From NCBI GenBank assembly GCA_963422735.1, contig OY730476.1:2560001-2624000 (forward strand): 64,000 bases of DNA, in the 5' to 3' direction. Below are positions 38,857-49,798 of the stretch, piece after piece. The notes under the pieces are model-generated. The model had not been told where the DNA came from, ran no database searches, and saw only the letters and a list, made by a program, of their open reading frames with translations. This DNA is from Candidatus Latescibacterota bacterium (GTDB taxonomy: Bacteria; Latescibacterota; UBA2968; UBA8231). Numbering within the stretch: the first letter of the stretch is position 1; each line of letters opens with the position of its first letter. The position numbers and the translations under genes were made by a program.

Positions 38857-40606
38857 TCTTCTACGATCCGAGAGGAACAGGTTGAACGAACCACCGTTGG
38901 TCAGGACAGCGCTATTAGCGTTTTCTTGTCTATTGCAGGGACTTGCACCGATCCAAGTCTATGGAGAGACGATCGTCCTTGGAGGCCGTCCAGGTACTCT
39001 AGCCTGGGATGGCCATTATTCCGAGACATCGGTTATCGATTTTGACACCAACCCCGGCCAAATTCAGCCTGCTCAGACAGGTCCCGAAGACAATATCGCC
39101 CTGAAAATATTTGAAAGAGGAGGGGCCGTAACGTCGCCTAACGCGAGAATAGTGCTCGAAATATCCCAGAGTCTTTTGAAGGAACGATTGGCACATATGG
39201 TCAGTGGCGATACGACCAAGGCATTTGAAGTGAAGGGCGGTTCCCCTACAGGCGTTATATTTAGGATAGATTTGGGCGAGCGCTTGGGGGTCAATCGGAT
39301 CAAATTTTTCCCTCGGAAGGGGTTTGAAGAGTTTCTCCTGAAAGGCTATGAATTGTTGCTGAACGACGGCAGCGAGGAGCAGAAAACCCTAGCCGGAACG
39401 CCGGATTTCAAGGTTTTTAAGACCGAGGAACGCAACCTCGAGCCAACCGTTGACCTAGACCTGCCCCTGCAGTTTGTTCGTTTCATAGAGGTGAAGCAAC
39501 TAGTGCGAGGGGAGTGGGAGATTGACGAGTTTCAAGTCTTTGGCGCGGGTTTCGCCTCTAAGGCATCGTATACCTCAAGAGTGTTCGATCGAGGACAGCC
39601 CGCTATCTTTGGCGACATAACATGGGCTAGGGGAAGCATCGGCGAACCAACAAAAACGGATGCCATCTTATCGACCCGGAGTGGCAAGACACCGGATCCC
39701 AGCGATTCGCTGTCTTGGAGCGCTTGGTCCTCTCCCTATCCTGCTGGAGTCCACACGGCTATTGAATCACCAGCCCCGCGTCGTTTTTTTCAGTTCCGTT
39801 TACTTCTTAAGACCAGCGATATCCTAGCGGCGGCGACAGTTGATTCCCTCGCCTTTGAGGTGTCCCCAGCCCTAGCCGACTCGCTGGTGGGTGAGATATG
39901 GCCCCAAAGTGCTCTGATCGGGCAGAATACCTCCTTTACTTATGCCGTGAGAACCGTCAACAGCCGAGGCTTTAACCGTCTCAACCTAAAGACTATGGCA
40001 CCGGTAGATGTAGTGCGATCCGTGCAAATAGATGGAACCGATGTCGAATGGGAAAAGGCGGATACAGACGATGGGGTCCAAATTAGCTTCCCCCGGATTG
40101 TGGGGAACCGCACTTTGCGGGTCGCCTTTGAGAACGTGGCATTGCAGTACAATACCTTTTTTGCCGGCAGAGTCTTTGATAGCCAAAAACCGGACAATCT
40201 GCCCCAGGTAGTCACTGAGGGAGACGCAGCCTCTGATTTTGAGGCGCAAGGGGACGACCTTTCGGTCGAGATCTCGGTGGGCAAAGACCTCATTCATTTC
40301 ATGGAAGTGGCTCCCGTCCCTTTTACTCCCAACGGCGATGGCCTAAATGATGAAGTCCTAGTGACCTACGACATAGTCAACCTGACGGGTGGTGCTTTGG
40401 TTTCGTTGGAGATATACGATCTTTCTGGAAGACGTGTAAAGGCGATCTATTCAGGGTTGGATCCCAGTAGGAGATACCAAAGGGCTTGGGATGGAACGGA
40501 CGAGAGCGGGGCCAAGGTGCTACCCGGAACCTATTTGGTGCGAGTGGAAATTGATGCAGATTCAGGAGCTGAGAGTAAAACAAAAATTGTCCCAATAGTC
40601 TATTGA
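38843..40606 (+). CDS. Secreted protein with FlgD Ig-like domain, paralog 3
   Basis: IDLG, WSAWSSPY, SPAPRRFFQ, GEIWP, PFTPNGDGLND, WDGTD..PGTY. Confidence 0.8.
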   Translation: MSPIDLLRSERNRLNEPPLVRTALLAFSCLLQGLAPIQVYGETIVLGGRPGTLAWDGHYSETSVIDFDTNPGQIQPAQTGPEDNIALKIFERGGAVTSPNARIVLEISQSLLKERLAHMVSGDTTKAFEVKGGSPTGVIFRIDLGERLGVNRIKFFPRKGFEEFLLKGYELLLNDGSEEQKTLAGTPDFKVFKTEERNLEPTVDLDLPLQFVRFIEVKQLVRGEWEIDEFQVFGAGFASKASYTSRVFDRGQPAIFGDITWARGSIGEPTKTDAILSTRSGKTPDPSDSLSWSAWSSPYPAGVHTAIESPAPRRFFQFRLLLKTSDILAAATVDSLAFEVSPALADSLVGEIWPQSALIGQNTSFTYAVRTVNSRGFNRLNLKTMAPVDVVRSVQIDGTDVEWEKADTDDGVQISFPRIVGNRTLRVAFENVALQYNTFFAGRVFDSQKPDNLPQVVTEGDAASDFEAQGDDLSVEISVGKDLIHFMEVAPVPFTPNGDGLNDEVLVTYDIVNLTGGALVSLEIYDLSGRRVKAIYSGLDPSRRYQRAWDGTDESGAKVLPGTYLVRVEIDADSGAESKTKIVPIVY

Positions 40607-40644
40607 TCATTCCCATTTTACCTGAAAGCTAGGGCGAAACTCTC

Positions 40645-43356
40645 ATGCTGATCTGCCATATTTGCAGCACTCTAATGCGCGGTATTAGTCTAGCTACCAT
40701 AGTTTGCTCCTTATTCTCGTCCACGTTAGCTTTCGACACCGACGCGCAAGCCCAAGATGTCGATCCGGCGCGTATAAAAGGTGTGCGCCGGGGGGCCGAA
40801 CTCACTTTTGAACCAACCGGGTCCGGCGTGCTGTTTGGGGCCTTGGACCCGGCGGTCAAAAAGTGGTACGCACCCCAAGAACTTTTCCTAGAATACCGTT
40901 GGAAACAGTGGGAATACACCAACTACGCAAGGGACCACTACAATCGCTATGTGGATATCAATTTAGCCGGAGATTACTTCTACGATATTTACGGTTCTTA
41001 CATCACTAGGGGGTGGTTGGTCTACGACTGGTCCCAGACGCAGCCCCAGCAAGGGGGCAGCAATTTATTCAAGACCGAGAGATTCCAAAACTTTTTCAGC
41101 AATTTGGTCATTGCTTCTGATCAGAAGGGGCAACATAACTTGGCCATAACCATAGGCAATGAGATCCGCTCGACCCTTACCCCAATGACCTTCTCAAAGC
41201 CAGCCTTGGACGGAATCCAGGTGGACTACCAAGCCGATAAATACCAGGTCACGACGATCCTTTCTCGGATCTCTTCTCCCGGCGGAGCCGGTACTCGCAA
41301 CCCTGCGGTCAACCAAACAACCAGCCTGACAACGCTGATGGGTGGGCGGGCCATTGCCCAAGTGGGCGATTTCATCAGCATCGGGGCCAACTATGTAAGT
41401 GCCCACAATTCCTTCCAACTCTTGGACGCCTTTGAAGGAACCCCTAGAAGTGGTTCGATCACTTCTAGTCAAAACGCTGAAAATATCACCCAGCTTTTCG
41501 TCCGTCTGACCGACGATTCGCCCGAAGATAACGAAGGCGGTGCTACCCTCTTCGCTTGGGATATGATCATAGAAGCCGAAGTCGAAATCATTGATGAAGA
41601 GGGAGAAAGGGCGTTTAGGCGAGAGGTTATCCGGGCCAGCGAAGCCGGTCTCAAACCCTCGCCCCAGGGCGGCTTTCAGCGCTTGGGTTTCTGGGAAGCC
41701 AGCGGCTCTGAGCAGATCGAATTAGTATACGATTTTTCCGAGGGAACCTACATTGGCCCCGACCCCTCGGAGATAAGAAGAGTGACTTTTGAACTGGTGG
41801 TTGCCAACGACTACAGAATCGAAGTGTCTTCGAACCGCCAGACTAACCGGCAAAACAGCAACGTGTTTCTGCTGGCGGCCAGATCCCAAGAAAATGTCAA
41901 AGATGGCTCCAATCTCAGAGTCCTCAAGATCCCGTACGGTTTGCCGACCGCCACCGAAATTTTCGGTTTCACTCTGGAGGCGAACAATCTTGGGGGGCTT
42001 GATTTCTACGGCGAATTCGACCGCAGTAGGAGTTACCGAAAATACCCCAATAGGCAGCATACAAAACACCTATCGGCTTTTGACCAAGGTGATGGCTGGA
42101 TGGTGAATCTGTCGAAAACCGCTCAGCCGTGGTTCTTTTTTGGCGAGGCTTACAGTATGGACCACAATTATAATACAAGCGCTATCTTGGCCCGGGGCGA
42201 GATCAACATAGATTACGAGGATCGGACGAGATTCTACTACGAACTCGTCGACGACAACGACGATCAGGATCGTTTCCCCGATTGGCAGAGGATAAACGAA
42301 AGCATAGACCTGAACGTATTTCCCGGCTTAGATGAGAACGTCGATTTTATCTCCGATTTCAATCAAAATGATAGCGAAGATCTGCCCAACTTAGTGCCCG
42401 ACTACGACGAGCCCTTTCTGCGCTATTCTACGGACCGACCCGAATATCTATTCGGCATAGATATGAACAACAATATATGGATAGACCGGTTCGAAAACGA
42501 CGATGAAGCAGATTTTCCCTATGGTAGGGATTTAAGCGGGTATAATCTTTATGCGGGCGTCAATATTACTCCAGAGGTGAGGTTGACCGTCGGCCGCACC
42601 GACGAAAGCCTCATTGCCGGCGATGGAGAAAACACTACCCATTATTTGCTTTTTACGCTGGAAAAGGACTACCCCGGCCTAGGCCGGGTGAGGATTTTTG
42701 AGAATTTTAGGCTGGCTAAGGACAATATAGAGAATGACCTTCGCCAGTGGGACGAATTCGAGAGGCGCAACGTCCCTACCATTGATCCTCTGGCGGCCCG
42801 GAATACGTGGATAAATTCGTCCTATATAAGCTTCAACTATACCAAGCTGAAGAATCTAAACCTCGTCAACAAGCTAAAATACGACCGCTGGCATCAAAGG
42901 GAGAAACAACCCGACTTGCGACGGGACTTCGTTTTTGTGGGCCTAATCAATAAAGTGGACTATGTTCTCAAATTCGTTAATCTCGATATCCAGCCAAAAA
43001 TTAAAAACGAACTGAGGATAGAGTCTCCAGCGCTTAAATCAGATCCCAAACGCAAGGAGGACACCCTGATTTTCTCTTTACTAGCTCGGTGGCCATTGTT
43101 TAATAACTCCACTATGCAGGCAGGCGTGGAGTATACCGTTTTCCAGCAGCTCAGGGATGCAGATAAGGCGGTCAAAGAAGGACTGCTGGACGACTTCAGT
43201 GAAATTGTGGGTGCGGCCCAGTTCTCCAATAATTCAAACTACTTGGGCTACAGTTTGACAACCCTGATGGGACTCAGGCTGACCAGAAGAGCCATAGACA
43301 ACGAAACCGAAACGGGCAGAATGGCTTTTGCTACGGTATTTGCCGGTTTGGACTAA
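40645..43356 (+). CDS. Large exported hypothetical protein, probable outer-membrane beta-rich protein
   Basis: Signal-like N-terminus, alternating aromatic/polar strands, acidic DDNDDQD and DMNNN loops, C-terminus TVFAGLD. Confidence 0.6.
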   Translation: MLICHICSTLMRGISLATIVCSLFSSTLAFDTDAQAQDVDPARIKGVRRGAELTFEPTGSGVLFGALDPAVKKWYAPQELFLEYRWKQWEYTNYARDHYNRYVDINLAGDYFYDIYGSYITRGWLVYDWSQTQPQQGGSNLFKTERFQNFFSNLVIASDQKGQHNLAITIGNEIRSTLTPMTFSKPALDGIQVDYQADKYQVTTILSRISSPGGAGTRNPAVNQTTSLTTLMGGRAIAQVGDFISIGANYVSAHNSFQLLDAFEGTPRSGSITSSQNAENITQLFVRLTDDSPEDNEGGATLFAWDMIIEAEVEIIDEEGERAFRREVIRASEAGLKPSPQGGFQRLGFWEASGSEQIELVYDFSEGTYIGPDPSEIRRVTFELVVANDYRIEVSSNRQTNRQNSNVFLLAARSQENVKDGSNLRVLKIPYGLPTATEIFGFTLEANNLGGLDFYGEFDRSRSYRKYPNRQHTKHLSAFDQGDGWMVNLSKTAQPWFFFGEAYSMDHNYNTSAILARGEINIDYEDRTRFYYELVDDNDDQDRFPDWQRINESIDLNVFPGLDENVDFISDFNQNDSEDLPNLVPDYDEPFLRYSTDRPEYLFGIDMNNNIWIDRFENDDEADFPYGRDLSGYNLYAGVNITPEVRLTVGRTDESLIAGDGENTTHYLLFTLEKDYPGLGRVRIFENFRLAKDNIENDLRQWDEFERRNVPTIDPLAARNTWINSSYISFNYTKLKNLNLVNKLKYDRWHQREKQPDLRRDFVFVGLINKVDYVLKFVNLDIQPKIKNELRIESPALKSDPKRKEDTLIFSLLARWPLFNNSTMQAGVEYTVFQQLRDADKAVKEGLLDDFSEIVGAAQFSNNSNYLGYSLTTLMGLRLTRRAIDNETETGRMAFATVFAGLD

Positions 43357-43395
43357 TCTACCAGTGCGTAGGAATGCAGAGGAGATCTGAGCTGA

Positions 43396-45060
43396 ATGCC
43401 AAGAGAGATAACTGTATTTGTGCTTTTATTACTCGCGATTTTAACCGTGCTCATGGGTTGCACAGTGGAAATGGGAGACCGGGTCGTCGCTCAGATAGGT
43501 GATGAGGAGATAACGGTTGACCAGTTGCGAAAATTTATGGATGGCCTCCCCGAATACGCCAAGGCGGAGCGCACTGGGATAGAAGAAGCGAGGAATCATT
43601 TGAACACCATGATCAATATCGAACTGCTGATCATGGAGGCGAAGGCGGCCGACCTCGACGAAAGCCCTGAACTTCGCGCCCGGCTAGAAAGGGGCCGGCT
43701 GGAAAAGTTGGTCAGCATTTTCCAAGATAGGGCACTGGAAGTGGAAGAGGAAGTAGAGGAAAGCGAAGTGCGGGGATACGCTGAACGCATGGGGTTCACT
43801 AGAGCGGTCAGATTAGCCGATATAATGGTTTCCAGCCGAGAAAATGCCTTGGCTGCCCTTAGGGAACTCAAAAATGGGGTTCCTTTTGGGCAAGTTGCCA
43901 AAAAATGGTCCATAAACGAAAAAACCTCGGCCCAAGGCGGGGACTTGGGCCGTTATACCACCCGAGAACACATGATCACGCCCCTTCAGGACAAGCTATT
44001 TTCCCTTGCCTTGGGCGAAGTCTCCGAGCCCATAAAAATTGGTGGGCACTATTCGATTTTCACGATCATAGCCGATTCTACCATCGAACTCAGTCCTCAG
44101 AGAAGGCTGGCGATCCAAATGGGACTAAAAAAGGAGAAAAATCAGCGAGCGCGATCGATTTTAGTTGCTGAACTCAAGGAAAAATACCACCTCGAATTGG
44201 ATCGGGAAGGTCTCGCTCTCATTGTCGAAAAGTTACGTGGCGGTACATCTTTTGCCACGGAGACTGAACGCAATGTAGTTCTCTATCGGTACGACGGCGG
44301 AGAAATAACCGCTCAAGACTTGGCAGAAGCTGGCCGCGTCCTAAAAGGCAATGCCTTGGCCCAACTCAGCGACTCCAGCCAAGTGATCGCTTTTGCCGAG
44401 CACCATGTCGTGCCCAATGCGATGCTCTTGGAAGCGGCCCTGCGTGCTGGTATAGACGAGGAAGCAGAGATGATCGAGTGGTCGGAAAATCAGGCAAAGC
44501 AATTTTTGCTACAGGCCCTCAGGGCGCGAGTCCTAAGAGCTAAAGTGACCATCGCTGAGAACGAGTTACGCCAATTTTACGAGGCGCATGCGGAAAGGTA
44601 TCTGCACCCCGAGCAAATCGAAGTACAGGAGATTCTGGTAGAGACGAAGGCCGAGGCACTGAGGTTGATGGAGCAGATCCAAAAAGGGGCCCCATTAGGC
44701 GATTTGGCCAAGAAGTATTCTATTCGGTCGCTAGAGGATCGGGATGAAGAGGGCCGATTCCACTTCCACCTTTTCGAAAAGGACTTTTTCGGCGGTTTTG
44801 TAGAAGTTGCCGAAAAAGCCGAGATAGGAGCGCTCACCGGTCCGGCCAAGGTCAATGAGGGTTATTCCATATTTAAGGTGCTTTCTAGGGAGCGCAAGCG
44901 GGAGACTTTTGAGGAGGCTGAGTGGAGAGTCCGGTCCCAACTTAAAAGAAAAAAAAACAAAAAGGCCTTTAATCAGTTTATCGAAGAAGTGTGGAACAAA
45001 TACGCAGCGAAAGTGGTTGTTCGGGAGGATAACCTCAAAGCCGCTTTCGGGAAGGGGTAG
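43396..45060 (+). CDS. Parvulin (PpiC-type) peptidyl-prolyl isomerase lipoprotein, SurA/PrsA-like, two rotamase units
   Basis: LMGC lipobox; FGQVAKKWS..GGDLG..GEVSEP; LAKKYS..GALTGP..GYSIFKV. Confidence 0.85.
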   Translation: MPREITVFVLLLLAILTVLMGCTVEMGDRVVAQIGDEEITVDQLRKFMDGLPEYAKAERTGIEEARNHLNTMINIELLIMEAKAADLDESPELRARLERGRLEKLVSIFQDRALEVEEEVEESEVRGYAERMGFTRAVRLADIMVSSRENALAALRELKNGVPFGQVAKKWSINEKTSAQGGDLGRYTTREHMITPLQDKLFSLALGEVSEPIKIGGHYSIFTIIADSTIELSPQRRLAIQMGLKKEKNQRARSILVAELKEKYHLELDREGLALIVEKLRGGTSFATETERNVVLYRYDGGEITAQDLAEAGRVLKGNALAQLSDSSQVIAFAEHHVVPNAMLLEAALRAGIDEEAEMIEWSENQAKQFLLQALRARVLRAKVTIAENELRQFYEAHAERYLHPEQIEVQEILVETKAEALRLMEQIQKGAPLGDLAKKYSIRSLEDRDEEGRFHFHLFEKDFFGGFVEVAEKAEIGALTGPAKVNEGYSIFKVLSRERKRETFEEAEWRVRSQLKRKKNKKAFNQFIEEVWNKYAAKVVVREDNLKAAFGKG

Positions 45061-45072
45061 GGGCCCATAGTC

Positions 45073-46764
45073 CTACTCTGCGTAGAGGTTGGCTCCCATC
45101 TCCATAAAGGCGTAGGGGCCGTTTTGGCGGACCACCAGCAGCTTATTGGCCGGTGCCGATGGTACTGTTTGACGGGAGCCGTCGGGCCAAGTGATCTCCA
45201 CTTCATCTGCCCCTTCCGCCCCACCCAAGCCGAAGAACACACGCATATCGTTGTAGGAGAGATAGCTGGAAGCACCGTTGGCCGTGCGCCACTGGGATCG
45301 GCCGCCGGCCAGCAAACGGACCTTGGCACCCACGGCATCGCGATTGGGGCCACGGCCCAAGAGTTGGACTACGAGCCAGTTGTTGGTGGGAGTGAAATCG
45401 TTGCGCAGCAGGGTGGCTGCCTCATCCAAATTGACGACAAAAATGTCTATATCGCCGTCGTTGTCGTAGTCGCCAAAACTGGCACCGCGGCTGACTCTTT
45501 TAAGGTCCATTCCCGGGCCAGCTGTAGCTCCTATATCGATTAAACGGTCGCAACCTTCGTTGCGGATTAGCTGATTGCGCTGGGGGTAGGAAGTGCTCGC
45601 AATAGTGCTAGCTACCTGCGGATAGACATGACCGTTAGCGACGAATAGATCCAAGTCGCCGTCCCTGTCATAATCGAAGAATTGGGTGCCCCACCCCAGC
45701 ATACCAAGTGTAGGTTCTTCTAGACCGATATAGGCCGTTATATCTTTGAAATGGCCCTCCCCGTCGTTGCGGTAGAAGGTATTACTCTCGCGAAAGAAAT
45801 GGGTTATATAGAGGTCGAGGTCCCCGTCGGCGTCATAGTCTCCGCCGCTGACCCCCATACCCGCCTCTTCTTCACCGTATTCGTTATATGCGATGCCGGC
45901 CTTGAGGCCAATTTCGCTAAAGGTGCCATCGCGGTTGTTGTCGAAGAGTACATTGGGAGTTGCGTCGTTGGCCACGAAGAGATCGGTGTCGCCATCGTTG
46001 TCGAAGTCTTCGGGCAGTACACCCAACCCGTAGTAGCGGTTGGCCCAGGAGATACCCGAGGGACGGGTGACGTCGGTGAAGGTATTGTCTCCGTTGTTGC
46101 GGTAGAACAGGTCGGCGGCTCCAAGTAGGCCTTGGGGACCGCAGAAGATATCGATTCCCTCGTAGGTGCAGGCCTTATCCGGAGGAGAGTCAAAATCGTA
46201 GACTAGGTAATTGGCGACGTATAGGTCGAGATCACCATCGCCATCGTAATCAAAAAAAGCGGCGCTGGAGCTATAATCGTTCCCTGCTACCCCAGTGGAA
46301 ATGTCCACAAAGGTACCGTTGCCTCGGTTGCGGTAGAGGATATTGGAACCGTAATTGGTCACGTAAAGATCGCGGTACCCATCACCGTCAATGTCGCCCA
46401 CGGTGCATCCCATGCCCCAACTGCGGTCCCCGACGCTGGCTGGTAAGGCCACATCAGCAAAAGTGCCGTTGCCTCGGTTGCGGTAGAGGACATTGCCTGG
46501 TCCGGATTTTTGCCGGTAGGTATTGATAGTAGCGCCGTTGACCGCGTATAGGTCGAGGTCGCCATCGTTATCGTAGTCAAAAAAAGCAGCCCCTCCGCCG
46601 GAGGTTTCGACAATGTGCTTTTTATTATGTCCGCCGGCCACGTATTGGAAGGTGATGTGCGCCTCCTCCGTTTGGTCGGTGAATTGGGGTAGAACAGATT
46701 CCGGCAGCAGCACGGCCAGCACTAGGGCAAAGGCAAGGGCTTGGCGGTAATAAAAAAAGTCCAT
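45073..46764 (-). CDS. CRTAC1-like FG-GAP/ASPIC-UnbV protein
   Basis: DYDNDGDLD repeats, SRGASFGDYD, NRDAVGA, FFGLG. Confidence 0.9.
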   Translation of the reverse strand: MDFFYYRQALAFALVLAVLLPESVLPQFTDQTEEAHITFQYVAGGHNKKHIVETSGGGAAFFDYDNDGDLDLYAVNGATINTYRQKSGPGNVLYRNRGNGTFADVALPASVGDRSWGMGCTVGDIDGDGYRDLYVTNYGSNILYRNRGNGTFVDISTGVAGNDYSSSAAFFDYDGDGDLDLYVANYLVYDFDSPPDKACTYEGIDIFCGPQGLLGAADLFYRNNGDNTFTDVTRPSGISWANRYYGLGVLPEDFDNDGDTDLFVANDATPNVLFDNNRDGTFSEIGLKAGIAYNEYGEEEAGMGVSGGDYDADGDLDLYITHFFRESNTFYRNDGEGHFKDITAYIGLEEPTLGMLGWGTQFFDYDRDGDLDLFVANGHVYPQVASTIASTSYPQRNQLIRNEGCDRLIDIGATAGPGMDLKRVSRGASFGDYDNDGDIDIFVVNLDEAATLLRNDFTPTNNWLVVQLLGRGPNRDAVGAKVRLLAGGRSQWRTANGASSYLSYNDMRVFFGLGGAEGADEVEITWPDGSRQTVPSAPANKLLVVRQNGPYAFMEMGANLYAE

Positions 46765-46938
46765 ACACTCATCGCTGTAGAGGTGAATTAAGCAGATAAT
46801 GGTAGTATGGATAGGGAATTATAGGTCTTAGCCTTTGCTGCGGCAAGGACAGGGGACCGTAGGATGTGGATGGTAGTTTTGCGACTTTTTTATTAAAAAG
46901 TCATATACTCTCGCCATTCATGGATCCAGAGGTGCGGA

Positions 46939-47733
46939 ATGAGGCAGATTTTTGCCGTCCTAATGATGGGCATCACGTGCGCGGCTGCGGGGCGATCCGA
47001 GAACATTGTTGTGGAGCTTCGCGATGGAGTCGCGATGGAATTTGTGTGGATCGAACCAGGTACTTTTCTGATGGGGTCGCCAACCTCAGCCCCTACACGG
47101 GGCGAAGACGAAGGCCCACAGCACGAGGTTTCGATAAGCAAGGGATTCTACTTGGGTATATTTGAGATTACCCAAGCCCAGTGGGTTGCGGTGATGGGGA
47201 CAGCGCCGTGGACCCGGCGCAAGTACGTACAGGCCAAGCCGAATCGCCCGGCAGTCTATATCTCGTGGATCGATATGCAGGAATTCCTCCGTCGCTTGAA
47301 CGAAGCCGCCGATGGGGATTTGTATCGCCTGCCCACCGAAGCCGAGTGGGAATACGCCTGCCGGGCAGGGACCGCGACGAGCCGTTCCTTCGGGGATGAC
47401 GAAAGCCAGTTGGGCGACTATGCGTGGTACATAGGAAACGTGGGTGAAGCAGAGGGGAAATTTGCCCAGCCGGTGGGTTCAAAGCAGCCGAATTCGTGGG
47501 GTCTGTACGACATGCATGGCAATGTATGGGAGTGGGTGCAAGACTGGTACTACAACGTCTATTCAAGCACCAAACAGGTGGATCCTACAGGAGTTGCTTC
47601 GGGCTCTACCCGCGTTATGCGCGGAGGTGGTTTTGTCAATCACGCCCGCAACGTACGGTCGGCCAAACGCTTCAGCTTTGATCCTTCGCTCCGCTACTGT
47701 GCTATTGGAGCACGCCTAGTGATGAGAAAATAA
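46939..47733 (+). CDS. Formylglycine-generating enzyme (SUMF1)-fold protein
   Basis: FLMGS, RLPTEAEWEYACR, NSWGLYDMHGNVWEW, RGG; lacks the catalytic Cys pair after RGG. Confidence 0.88.
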   Translation: MRQIFAVLMMGITCAAAGRSENIVVELRDGVAMEFVWIEPGTFLMGSPTSAPTRGEDEGPQHEVSISKGFYLGIFEITQAQWVAVMGTAPWTRRKYVQAKPNRPAVYISWIDMQEFLRRLNEAADGDLYRLPTEAEWEYACRAGTATSRSFGDDESQLGDYAWYIGNVGEAEGKFAQPVGSKQPNSWGLYDMHGNVWEWVQDWYYNVYSSTKQVDPTGVASGSTRVMRGGGFVNHARNVRSAKRFSFDPSLRYCAIGARLVMRK

Positions 47734-47809
47734 ACAGCCTCTCTTTATTGCTCAAACGACTTATCCATTAGTTAAAATACGACTATATGACAATCCATAG
47801 AGATGAATA

Positions 47810-49798
47810 TTGAAGAAGAGATTTCCGCTCCAATCCCGCATGTGGAGAAAAAAACACCAGCCGACCTACGGAGACTTTAAAGGTATCTCGACTCGGGCCA
47901 TCTTACTGGGAGCGGTACTGGCTTTTCTGCTAAATCTACTCGACGCCTATGCTACGACCCTCATCCGAGGTTCGTATTTAACCCTGAATTTCAGCACTCC
48001 AGCGGCCTTATTCTTTTTCTTTTTTGTCGTACTTACCAGTGCCTTGGTTGCCTGTCTCCACCGGCCCTTGGCCTTGAACCAAGCCGAGTTGGTAACCATT
48101 TATATCATGCTAGTGGTGGCTTGCTGTGTTCCCGGCATGGGTTTCACCCAGTTCATCATACCCTGCTTGCTGGGCTCCACCTACTATGCCACACCCGAGA
48201 ACAACTGGGATTTTCTCTACAACCAGTACATCCCCAGCTGGATGATTCCCCGAGGCGAGAACGCGGCGCGTTTTTTCTTTGAAGGTCTGCCCGAAGGCGA
48301 GGCTATCCCTTGGGGCATCTGGGTCGTACCTCTGAGTTTCTGGTACGGGTTTTTTCTGGTACTCAGCTTCGCCATGATCTGTACCATGGTCATTCTACGT
48401 CGCCAGTGGATGGACCGAGAAAAGCTGGTCTATCCACTGGTCCAAGTGCCCATGGAGATGATCGGTCGAGAAAAAGAGAGAATGGTCGGTCGGTCGTTTT
48501 TCACTAACAAAGCCATGTGGGTCGGTTTTGCTGTATCATCCATTCTGCTCAGTGTCAATGGCCTGCACTCCTACTTTCCGACCTTTCCGCAGATCACTAA
48601 AACCTTCGTATTGCCCTTGTTCCGCGATACGGTCGGCCTGAATTTCTGGTTTAGTCCGCCTTGGACAGGTTTTTTCTACTTCGTCAACCTCGATATCACG
48701 GCTTCAATCTGGATATTCTACATCCTCACCACTGTCCAGCGGGGCATCTTCAATATCGTCGGCCTGCAGAGCACACAGCGGATCGATTTCTACTCTATCG
48801 AACCTTTCTTGGCCCACCAGGGTATGGGCTCTATGATAGTCTTTGTGCTGGTGGGGTTGTGGGTGGGACGCGGCCATCTACAAGATGTATACCGCAAAGC
48901 CTTCCATGGCGACGAAGAAGTCGACGACAGTGGCGAAATTCTATCCTACCGACAGGCCCTTTTCGGACTGGTAGCGGCACTTGCCCTAGTGGTGGTTGGC
49001 CTATGCATGATGGGACTAACTTTTCCCACGGCACTGTTATTCCTCTTTGGTGCCATGATGCTGTTTATAGGGCTAACTCGGGTAGTGGCCGAAGGGGGCA
49101 TCCCGGCCATGCGGCCCCCCATCATGACTTCGAGCTTTGTCATTTCGGGGGCCGGTGCCTCGGCCTTGGGTGCTTCGGGTCTGGTGGCCTTGGGCTTTTC
49201 CTACGGGTGGCATTCCGAAGTACGCTCTTTTGTCATGGCGTCTGTAGCCAACGGGCTGAAGATGGGTGAGATTATAATCGGTTCCAAGCGCCGGCTATTG
49301 TGGGCCGTGGTCATTGCCATTGTAGTCAGTCTGGTCGGTTCGTCGTATATGACCTTAGTGTTGGCCTATAAATATGGGGGCATCAATCTCAATCCGCTCT
49401 TTTTTGTGGGGCAGGCCCCCACTTTCGGTCCTCGGGATATGGCTCCGCGAATCGCCACAGAGCTGCCCGGCCCAAGACTGGACGCTTGGCTGTTTATGGG
49501 CATTGGTGGGGGAGTGATGGCTCTGCTGATGTGGGCGCGGCACCAGTTCGTCTGGTGGCCGCTCAATCCCCTCGGCTATACCATCAGTGCCAACTGGAAG
49601 ACGGGACATATCTTTGGTAGCGCCTTTCTTGCTTGGCTCCTCAAACTGTTGATTCTGCGCTATGGCGGTCCCAAGCTATACCGAAATTTGCGACCATTTT
49701 TTCTCGGCCTGATCTTGGGCGAGATCGTAACGGCGGGCGGATGGTTAGTGCTGGATTATATAACCGGACACATGGGGAGCTTTCTCACGCAGATCTAA
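47810..49798 (+). CDS. DUF6785/DUF6784-like membrane protein, copy 2
   Basis: YYATPEN, EKLVYPL, HQG, WWPLNPLG, PFFLGLILG. Confidence 0.8.
   Translation: MKKRFPLQSRMWRKKHQPTYGDFKGISTRAILLGAVLAFLLNLLDAYATTLIRGSYLTLNFSTPAALFFFFFVVLTSALVACLHRPLALNQAELVTIYIMLVVACCVPGMGFTQFIIPCLLGSTYYATPENNWDFLYNQYIPSWMIPRGENAARFFFEGLPEGEAIPWGIWVVPLSFWYGFFLVLSFAMICTMVILRRQWMDREKLVYPLVQVPMEMIGREKERMVGRSFFTNKAMWVGFAVSSILLSVNGLHSYFPTFPQITKTFVLPLFRDTVGLNFWFSPPWTGFFYFVNLDITASIWIFYILTTVQRGIFNIVGLQSTQRIDFYSIEPFLAHQGMGSMIVFVLVGLWVGRGHLQDVYRKAFHGDEEVDDSGEILSYRQALFGLVAALALVVVGLCMMGLTFPTALLFLFGAMMLFIGLTRVVAEGGIPAMRPPIMTSSFVISGAGASALGASGLVALGFSYGWHSEVRSFVMASVANGLKMGEIIIGSKRRLLWAVVIAIVVSLVGSSYMTLVLAYKYGGINLNPLFFVGQAPTFGPRDMAPRIATELPGPRLDAWLFMGIGGGVMALLMWARHQFVWWPLNPLGYTISANWKTGHIFGSAFLAWLLKLLILRYGGPKLYRNLRPFFLGLILGEIVTAGGWLVLDYITGHMGSFLTQI

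Noticed and set aside
46939-47733. DGR target gene or true sulfatase-maturing FGE
   Set aside because: No reverse transcriptase or template repeat seen in the window; catalytic cysteines absent
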